Of a DNA stretch of 64,000 nucleotides, positions 56,964 through 64,000 are shown piece after piece. How positions within the stretch are numbered: position 1 is the first letter of the stretch; each line of letters opens with the position of its first letter. Position numbers and translations under genes: made by a program. This stretch comes from Candidatus Harrisonbacteria bacterium (lineage in GTDB: Bacteria > Patescibacteriota > Minisyncoccia > UBA6257 > 1-14-0-10-44-23): positions 431,771 to 495,770 of the forward strand of contig JAHFLF010000001.1 in the NCBI GenBank assembly GCA_023255625.1. Direction: 5' to 3'. Under the pieces are notes generated by a model. The model saw only the letters and a program-made list of their open reading frames with translations. It was not told the DNA's origin and searched no databases.

Positions 56964-59225
56964 ATGAAAATTTTCAATTTAGTTGGGAATTGGAAATTAT
57001 CAATTAAAAATTTTGCCGCTAAGCGCGGCGGTTTTTCTTTGATTGAGATTCTAATCACAATCGTAATTTTTATTATTTTGACCGGCGGTATTTATTTGAC
57101 TTACGCCAATTTGCTGGAAGTAATTGCGAAGACTCGTAATCGGACACTGGCCACCTCTCTGCTTAACAAAGAGATAGAGTATGTTCGCAATTTAAAGTAT
57201 GACGATGTGGGCATTGTTGGCGGCGCTCCAGCCGGCCAGATTCCGGCGACCAAGACAGTTACCTATGAAGGGCAGCAATTTACCGTCAGCGCCTTTGTGC
57301 GGAATATTGACGATGCTTTTGATGGCAGAGCAACCGGGACAACGCCGACCGACACCGCTCCGGGCGACTATCGACTCGTCGAATTACAAGCGAATTGTAC
57401 AACTTGCTTCAAATTTAAACCAGTTATTATTACAACCAGGGCTGCGCCGCAGAATTTAGAAAGCAGCACGAAAAACGGATCGCTGTTTATTAATGTATTT
57501 AACGCCAGTGGAAATCCGGTTGCGAACGCGAATATTCTCGTCAAAAATACCATTTTAAATCCGACTATCACGATTAACGATACGACCAATAGCAGCGGCA
57601 CGCTCCAACTGGTGGATATTCCGACCAGCACGAACGGTTACCAGGTATTTATTTCTAAAGACAATTATTCTTCTGCGCAGACTTATGCGGTGAGCAGCAC
57701 GAATCCTAATCCTGCGCCGAGACATGCGACTGTCGCGAGTCAGCAGGTTACTTTGCTTAGCTTTGGTATTGATAAGGTCAGCCAGATCGATGTTCAGACC
57801 CAGGATCAGTACTGCGCGGGGGTGCCCAATATTGATTTTACCCAGAACGGAGCCAAGTTGATCGGGGTTAGCCCGAATGTACTAAAGTATAGTAAGTCAT
57901 TTGTTACCGATTCCGGCGGGCAGGCCTCGCGTACAGGGCTAGAATGGGATAACTATACTTTTATTAATACAGATACGGGGTTTGATGTCGCCGGCAATGT
58001 TCCATCCTTGCCGATTACCCTGAATCCAAATACAACAACCAGCATTGCATTTTTGATGGAGCCCAAGATCAGCTCCTCCAGCTTGTTGGTTTCGACGGTG
58101 GATAGTTCCGGTGCGCCGATTTCCGGAGTTTCCGTAAAAATCGATAAAATCAGCGGGGGCTTTAGTACCAGTTCGGCTCAATTCACCATCACTAGTTTTG
58201 GTAATTTGCCATATAGCAACTCTGTCGGCATTACTACCTCCGGCGGTTTAAGATTGTCTCCAGGAAGTGCGCCATATCCAACCACCGGCGGCCCTTATTA
58301 TCGGACTTTCGCGCCAGTTGATTTTGGCACATCTACCGTTGATTACACCGCGATCTCTTGGAATCCGTCCAGCCAACCGGCCGGAACTTTGGTCAGAATT
58401 CAACTTGGCGCCACTAATGACGGAAATTCACCGGCAACTTTTACCGGTCCGGACGGTACCAGTAATTCTTATTACACCGTTAGCGGCGGTGCTCTTGGCG
58501 CCAGCTACGACAATAAACGTTACTTAAGCATGAAGATTTTTTTGAGCACGACTGACGCAAATGTCTCTCCTTCGCTGACTTCTGTAACCTTAACCTATGT
58601 CGGGCCATCGGTTGTTTTTACGGATACGAAGCAGACCGGTCAAAAAAAGTTTGTCGTTACCGACTGGTCCGGAAATGCGTACGCCAACCAAGATGGCAAC
58701 ATTCAATCAGAGACAGTGCTCGGCCGCCTGACTCTAAAAAATAGCGGCGGTCAATATCCAACCAGCACTAATAGCTATCTTGAATCAAATACTATAGACT
58801 TCGGCACCGCTAATATTTCTTACAAATCATTAAGCTGGAACCCGACCAGCCAGCCGTCGGGGGCAACCTTAAAATTTCATTTGGCCGGCGCCAGTAGCGT
58901 TAGCGGGCCATTCACCTTCACCGGGCCCGACGGCACTAGCAGTACTTATTACACGACTAATCCGGTCAATCTGCCAACAACCTATAATGCCAACCAATAT
59001 CTTCGCTATAAGGTTTTTCTTAACACAACGAATCAAACAGTAACCCCGACCTTAAATGACCTTGCTATAGCATTTGAATCCGACTGCGTGCCCAGCGGAC
59101 AGGCCTTTTTTCCGGGACTATCAACAGGAAATTATCTGCTGACCCTAAACAAATCCGGACACTCAACCGTGATCCTCCCATTTACTATTGTCTCCGGCTG
59201 GCAGGAAAAAAAGATAACCTGGTAG
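56964..59225 (+). CDS. large prepilin-like protein with a duplicated beta-rich domain (putative adhesin)
   Basis: GGFSLIE cleavage motif; repeat DFGT...SWNP.SQP.G...FTGPDGTS..YYT twice. Confidence 0.85.
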   Translation: MKIFNLVGNWKLSIKNFAAKRGGFSLIEILITIVIFIILTGGIYLTYANLLEVIAKTRNRTLATSLLNKEIEYVRNLKYDDVGIVGGAPAGQIPATKTVTYEGQQFTVSAFVRNIDDAFDGRATGTTPTDTAPGDYRLVELQANCTTCFKFKPVIITTRAAPQNLESSTKNGSLFINVFNASGNPVANANILVKNTILNPTITINDTTNSSGTLQLVDIPTSTNGYQVFISKDNYSSAQTYAVSSTNPNPAPRHATVASQQVTLLSFGIDKVSQIDVQTQDQYCAGVPNIDFTQNGAKLIGVSPNVLKYSKSFVTDSGGQASRTGLEWDNYTFINTDTGFDVAGNVPSLPITLNPNTTTSIAFLMEPKISSSSLLVSTVDSSGAPISGVSVKIDKISGGFSTSSAQFTITSFGNLPYSNSVGITTSGGLRLSPGSAPYPTTGGPYYRTFAPVDFGTSTVDYTAISWNPSSQPAGTLVRIQLGATNDGNSPATFTGPDGTSNSYYTVSGGALGASYDNKRYLSMKIFLSTTDANVSPSLTSVTLTYVGPSVVFTDTKQTGQKKFVVTDWSGNAYANQDGNIQSETVLGRLTLKNSGGQYPTSTNSYLESNTIDFGTANISYKSLSWNPTSQPSGATLKFHLAGASSVSGPFTFTGPDGTSSTYYTTNPVNLPTTYNANQYLRYKVFLNTTNQTVTPTLNDLAIAFESDCVPSGQAFFPGLSTGNYLLTLNKSGHSTVILPFTIVSGWQEKKITW

Positions 59226-59234
59226 CATAATTTT

Positions 59235-59882
59235 ATGAAGTGCTTGTTTAGAAATTCAAAATTAGAAATTAAAAATTCCGCTGCTAATGCAGCGGCCGGG
59301 TTTACTCTCATCGAGATAGTTGTCTCGATGGCAATTACCGTCGTGATCGCTATTTTACTGGTGCGCTTGGCTAGAGATACAACGGATTCAACTCTGCGAT
59401 TTAATAATCAACTGGTAACTCAACAGCAAATTGAACAGACTCTGCAACTTATAGTGCCCGAGATTCGCAGTATCTCGCAGGGGATAGACGGTTCTTATCC
59501 AATTGCCGCGGCTGCCAGCAGCAGTTTCCAGTTTTTTAGCGATGTTGACCGAGACGGGAAGTTGGATAAAGTCCGTTATTTTATGAATGGAAATATATTA
59601 CAAAAGGGCATAATTAAACCGGCGGGTAGCCCGGCCTCGTATCCGACTAGCACAGAGATTATCAGCGATTTGGTCAGCGGTATAGTTTCCGGAACGCAGG
59701 TTTTTTCGTATTACGGCAGCGCGGCAACCAGCAGTGGCTCTACACCCTTACCTTCACCGATTAATGTCCTGTCGATTAAAACAGTGAAGGTAACGATTGT
59801 CGCAGACCAGGGACTCCCGGGTAAACCGTCGCTTGCGGGCGCAGAGACGAGTGCGAATATTAGGAACCTTAGGTACAAGTGA
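59235..59882 (+). CDS. minor prepilin (PilW-like)
   Basis: AGFTLIEIVV. Confidence 0.85.
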   Translation: MKCLFRNSKLEIKNSAANAAAGFTLIEIVVSMAITVVIAILLVRLARDTTDSTLRFNNQLVTQQQIEQTLQLIVPEIRSISQGIDGSYPIAAAASSSFQFFSDVDRDGKLDKVRYFMNGNILQKGIIKPAGSPASYPTSTEIISDLVSGIVSGTQVFSYYGSAATSSGSTPLPSPINVLSIKTVKVTIVADQGLPGKPSLAGAETSANIRNLRYK

Positions 59883-61453
59883 ATATGAGACAATTTTCAA
59901 TTTTCAATTTTTCCGCCAAAGGCGGATCCGCCTCGGGCGGACAATTTTCAAACAATGACTCAATTCTAAAATTAAGGCATTTAAAATTGTTTAGAAATTG
60001 GAAATTAGAAATTAAAAATTCCCGCGCACGCGTTGCGTGCGCGGGACAGCTCTCACTCCAGGTGCTGATTATCGGTTCGATCGCTACGGTGCTCATCGCC
60101 GGTTTTACAATGTGGGCGCGGGTTTATGTAACTAATGTGCTGCGTGGTTCTTTGAAAGCGCAGGCCTTTACTATTGCCGAGGCCGGGATCGAGTATTATC
60201 GGTGGCACCTGGCTCACGCGCCACAGGATTTTAAAGATGGCAATTCAGTTGCCTCCAGTACTTATGTTCATCCCTACTTTGATAAGAACAATAATCGTCT
60301 TGGACAATTTGATCTTACTATCACCGCGCCGGCGAGCGGTACTACGATTATGACTATTCAATCAACCGGCAAAATAGATACGGATCCGACTATTAAAAAG
60401 ATTATCAAAGTGAAGATGGGGTTGCCGTCTTTTGCCCGTTATTCAGTTGCCAGCAACAGCAATATTCGGTTTGGTAGCGGTACTGATGTGTATGGCGTTT
60501 TGCACAGTAATGGCGGAATTCATTTTGATGGCGTCGCCCACAATGTTGTTACTAGCGCGGTCTCAGCATATGACGATCCGGACTATAGCGAGCCAAATGC
60601 TTTTGGTGTTTATACGCGGGTTTCGCCACAGGATCCATTTCCGCCGGCGGCTGTTCCGGTGCGCAATGATGTTTTTATGGCCGGTCGGCAATTTCCTGTT
60701 CCGGCGGTTGATTTCAACGGTATTACCGCAAATCTTTCCGCATTAAAAACGCTTGCAACTTCAACCAGCGGCTACTACCGAGCCGGCTCTGGCGCAAAGG
60801 GCTACGATCTTTTACTTAAGACAAATGACAAATTTGATCTCTATCGTGTAGACAGCGTTACCGGACTCTCCGGAAATTGCTCTAATAACAGCTACCAGGA
60901 GTCGGGCTGGGGGAGCTGGTCGATTGCCAGCGAAACGCTTCTGGCTAGTAATGTTAATTTTCCGGCCAACGGGATTATCTTTATCGAAGACGATCTTTGG
61001 GTGCGCGGCCAGGTCAATACCGCCCGATTGAATATTGCCGCCGGCCGTTTTCCGGTTAATGCTTCAACTTATGCCAACATTACAACGAATACAAATTTAC
61101 TGTATACAAACTATGACGGGCAGGATGTCATTGCTCTGACTTCGCAAAACAATCTTAATGTCGGTTTATTCAGTGATGATGTCTTTAAAATTGATGCGGC
61201 GCTCGTTGCTCAAAATGGACGCGTCGGCCGATATCATTACGCGCCACAATGCGGATCTACAGCGACTCGCAGCCAGCTGACTTCTTACGGAATGATTGGC
61301 AGCAACACCCGTTATGGCTGGGCCTGGACTGATGGCACCGGTTACCAAACTCGTACTATCAATTATGACGGGTACCTGCTTTATGGTCCGCCGCCAAGTT
61401 TTCCGACAACTGCGAGTCAGTACGATATCATTAGCTGGGATGAGGTGAAGTGA
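59879..61453 (+). CDS. PilX-like minor pilin with a repeat-derived N-terminal leader
   Basis: GQLS.. TM, AFTIAEAGIEYY, HSNGGI, terminal SWDE. Confidence 0.8.
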   Translation: MNMRQFSIFNFSAKGGSASGGQFSNNDSILKLRHLKLFRNWKLEIKNSRARVACAGQLSLQVLIIGSIATVLIAGFTMWARVYVTNVLRGSLKAQAFTIAEAGIEYYRWHLAHAPQDFKDGNSVASSTYVHPYFDKNNNRLGQFDLTITAPASGTTIMTIQSTGKIDTDPTIKKIIKVKMGLPSFARYSVASNSNIRFGSGTDVYGVLHSNGGIHFDGVAHNVVTSAVSAYDDPDYSEPNAFGVYTRVSPQDPFPPAAVPVRNDVFMAGRQFPVPAVDFNGITANLSALKTLATSTSGYYRAGSGAKGYDLLLKTNDKFDLYRVDSVTGLSGNCSNNSYQESGWGSWSIASETLLASNVNFPANGIIFIEDDLWVRGQVNTARLNIAAGRFPVNASTYANITTNTNLLYTNYDGQDVIALTSQNNLNVGLFSDDVFKIDAALVAQNGRVGRYHYAPQCGSTATRSQLTSYGMIGSNTRYGWAWTDGTGYQTRTINYDGYLLYGPPPSFPTTASQYDIISWDEVK

Positions 61454-61623
61454 GTTATGCACAGCCCTGCAAGATTGATCTAATTTCATCTGCTATTATT
61501 AAAACAAGTCTGACCTGTTCCTGCAGGGCAGGATGCCTTACTTATACGGGGTAAGGAAAGCGTTTATTACTAACATTAACCGTATCAGTCGAATTAGAAT
61601 ACTTTAATTACAAATTTATTATT

Positions 61624-62070
61624 ATGAAATCCAACAAAGGTTTCACGCTCATCGAGCTCCTCGTCGTTATCGGTATTATTGCAATTTTGGCTTCAGTGGT
61701 CATCGTCGCCCTGAACCCGGCCCGGCAGTTTGCCCAGGCCCGCAACACGCAGCGCAGCGCAAATATAAATGCAATTTTGAACGCAATCGGCCAGAACATG
61801 GCGGACAATCGTGGCCTCTGGAATTCCACTGGCTGTGGCACCGCACTTCCGGCTTCGATCTCTTACATTGGTTCGGCCAGCACCAGCATCGCGGGCTGCT
61901 TAGTTTCCGACTATCTGCCGAGCATGCCTTATGATCCAGATGGCGGTTACTACACAGACGCTACAGATTATGGCGCTTTCTACCGTGTGATGCAGGATGC
62001 AGTTACCGGCCGCGTGACGGTTGAGGCTCCAAAGGCAGAACTTGGCGCCGTTCTTTCCGTAACTCGTTAA
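61624..62070 (+). CDS. type IV major pilin (copy 1)
   Basis: KGFTLIELLVVIGIIAILA. Confidence 0.92.
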   Translation: MKSNKGFTLIELLVVIGIIAILASVVIVALNPARQFAQARNTQRSANINAILNAIGQNMADNRGLWNSTGCGTALPASISYIGSASTSIAGCLVSDYLPSMPYDPDGGYYTDATDYGAFYRVMQDAVTGRVTVEAPKAELGAVLSVTR

Positions 62071-62092
62071 GCGGTTTGTTTCGTATCGCGTT

Positions 62093-62131
62093 ATTAACAC
62101 AAAGACCCCTGGCTGGGGTCTTTGTGTTAAT
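62093..62131 (+). terminator. hairpin after pilin 1
   Basis: attaacacaaagaccc..gggtctttgtgttaat. Confidence 0.65.
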
Positions 62132-62161
62132 GGTATAATTGAATAAAACATTAATTTATTT

Positions 62162-62635
62162 ATGTCGATATCAACTGTAAACTATAAACTACTAAATCGT
62201 CGCCGCGGTTTCACCCTCATCGAACTTCTCGTCGTTATCGGTATTATTGCCATCTTGGCTTCAGTGGTCATCGTTGCCTTGAATCCGTCTCGCCAGTTTG
62301 CCCAGGCCCGCAACACGCAGCGGCTTTCGAACATTAACGCGATTTTAAATGCGGTTGGACAGAATATGGCAGATAACAGCGGCAAGTGGTCTTGCTCCGC
62401 GCCGCTGCCCGGTTCAGAAACTGTTATCGCTTCTGCTGGCGGCGCGGACATAGCTGATTGCCTTATTCCTGATTATCTACCATCTATGCCATATGATCCG
62501 CAGAGCGGTACTTGGGCTAGCTCGACAAGTTACAATACCGGTTATAGCATTTTCCAGACCGGCGGGAGTACTGGCCGGGTTACCGTGAAGGCGCAGGGAC
62601 AGGAGCTTGGCGCTAATTTGATTGTAACACGGTAG
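62162..62635 (+). CDS. type IV major pilin (copy 2)
   Basis: RGFTLIELLVVIGIIAILA; N-terminal ~55 aa nearly identical to copy 1. Confidence 0.92.
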   Translation: MSISTVNYKLLNRRRGFTLIELLVVIGIIAILASVVIVALNPSRQFAQARNTQRLSNINAILNAVGQNMADNSGKWSCSAPLPGSETVIASAGGADIADCLIPDYLPSMPYDPQSGTWASSTSYNTGYSIFQTGGSTGRVTVKAQGQELGANLIVTR

Positions 62636-62645
62636 CATTTTAACA

Positions 62646-62719
62646 CGCAGCATCCGGCTTACTTTTCACAGCCGGGCTCACCCTACGGGATGGCTATGAA
62701 AAGTAAGCCGGATGCTGCG
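62646..62719 (+). repeat. variable-arm palindrome, family B, copy 4
   Basis: 28-bp arms with one mismatch; loop GGGCTCA-CCC-TAC-GGG-AT. Confidence 0.85.
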
Positions 62720-62732
62720 AAGATAGATTAAT

Positions 62733-63368
62733 ATGAAAAATCGTAAAGACTACATTGCCGATAAGAATTTATTTGATAAAGACCTCGAGGGTTTGTCTTT
62801 GAAGATGTTGGAACAGCATTACAAACTCTACGAGGGCTATGTAAAAAAGAGCAATGAGATTCAGATAAAGGTTGAGTCGGCGGACAAGAGTGAGGCCAAC
62901 GGCGTGTATAGCTTCATCGGCGAGTTAAAGCGCCAGGAGACTTTTGCGGTCAATGGTATGAAGCTGCACGAGGTGTACTTCGGTCATTTGCAGGGCGATG
63001 GCAAACCAGCAGGCGAGCTGCTCGCAATGATTGAAAAAGATTGGGGATCGCTCGACGAGTGGAAAAACGAGATGATCGCGACCGGCATGAGTGCCCGCGG
63101 CTGGGCGATTACCGCGTTTGATTACCGCGATAATCGGTTGCATGTTTACGGCTCTGACGGCCACAATGTGGGAGCGGTCTGGGGGGCCGCGCCGGTAATC
63201 GTTTTAGATGTCTACGAACACGCTTACTTTATTGATTACGGTATCGGTCGCAAAGCGTACATTGATTCATTCTTTAAAAATTTAGACTGGAACTTTGCCA
63301 ACAAGATTGCTCTTGAATACGGTTTAGCTGCGCGGTATGGGAAGTTGCATGAGCAGAACGGAGCTTAG
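62733..63368 (+). CDS. Fe/Mn superoxide dismutase family protein
   Basis: HY.LY.GYV, LHE.YF, GW, DVYEHAYF.DY. Confidence 0.88.
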   Translation: MKNRKDYIADKNLFDKDLEGLSLKMLEQHYKLYEGYVKKSNEIQIKVESADKSEANGVYSFIGELKRQETFAVNGMKLHEVYFGHLQGDGKPAGELLAMIEKDWGSLDEWKNEMIATGMSARGWAITAFDYRDNRLHVYGSDGHNVGAVWGAAPVIVLDVYEHAYFIDYGIGRKAYIDSFFKNLDWNFANKIALEYGLAARYGKLHEQNGA

Positions 63369-64000
63369 ACCTTCATCGGTTTTTTGCCGTCTGGCTGAAT
63401 CTCGGTGATTTTAAGTTCACCATCTTGCATTGTTGCTCCGAGCAATTTGACCCTTTTCCCTTCGCGGCCGGGAAAGTTCATCGTCCAACAGCCCGGTTCG
63501 GGATTAAACGCTCTAATTTTATTGTAAATTATTTCCGGTTTATCGTTAATCATATCTACCTGACCGTCTGCGGTCGTGAATTTTCGCGTGAAGGTTGCTT
63601 TGGCATGATCCTGCTCCTGCGGTTTAATTTCGCCCTTTAGGAATTTGGGTATCGTTTCAACAAGGAGTTCACCTGCAATTTTTGAAAGTTTGTGGCCCAA
63701 TGTTTCATTCGTGTCCTCTAAGGCGATTTGCGATTTGCGCTGCGCGAGAATCGGCCCGTTATCCATTTTTGCATCCATCTGATATAAGGTAACGCCAGTT
63801 TCAGTTTCGCCGGCCAGGAGCACGGATTGAATCGGGCTGGCGCCGCGGTAGAGCGGGAGGAGCGAGGGGTGCACACCGATTGTGCCCAGCCGGGGGAGAT
63901 TGATGATGCTGTCCGGGATGATGTGGGGGTAGCCCATGACCACGGCGAGGTCTACCTCGCCAATTTCTAATTTTAAATTTTCAATTTCTAATTTTTCCGG
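63365..64000 (-). CDS. fmt: methionyl-tRNA formyltransferase (5' end beyond the window)
   Basis: HPSLLPLYRGASPIQ, GVT, MD.GPI, IRAFNPEPG; reading frame open to the window edge. Confidence 0.9.
   Translation of the reverse strand, partial: PEKLEIENLKLEIGEVDLAVVMGYPHIIPDSIINLPRLGTIGVHPSLLPLYRGASPIQSVLLAGETETGVTLYQMDAKMDNGPILAQRKSQIALEDTNETLGHKLSKIAGELLVETIPKFLKGEIKPQEQDHAKATFTRKFTTADGQVDMINDKPEIIYNKIRAFNPEPGCWTMNFPGREGKRVKLLGATMQDGELKITEIQPDGKKPMKV

Overview
A 64-kb bacterial chromosomal window. It is most consistent with a Patescibacteria/CPR (Parcubacteria-like) genome; this is inferred from the compact housekeeping genes with AT-rich leaders that mostly lack Shine-Dalgarno sequences, two mreB paralogs, an HTH-MurA fusion and a type IV pilus cluster. 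Core genes include trpS, rnj, pgi/pmi, an oppA-like gene, secG, murA, mreB x2, mreC/mreD/mrdA, holB, frr, rseP, proS, tpiA, ftsB-like, prfB, ftsE/ftsX, a P1B ATPase, GH130 enzymes, lemA/TPM, pilB/pilC/pilins, sod and a partial fmt, plus four tRNAs (Leu-CAG, Gly-CCC, Thr-CGT, Gln-CTG). The most striking content is a dense layer of palindromic elements that gene annotation does not explain. (1) GxxExxY and four-helix-bundle genes sit between operon genes inside inverted arrays of short repeats, and gene-less 'empty' and in-frame copies of those arrays occur elsewhere. (2) Three families of hairpin elements have a constant, covarying core but locus-specific 18-31 bp arms; all 11 copies are in the same orientation. 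(3) A 270-nt in-frame palindromic insertion interrupts pgi/pmi. (4) A GIY-YIG mini-element duplicates the 5' end of tRNA-Gly. (5) A cargo island at tRNA-Gln carries repeated att-like motifs. (6) Several small promoter-SD-ORF-terminator cassettes and an orphan structured RNA candidate were missed by the ORF track. All calls are by eye; no database searches were run.
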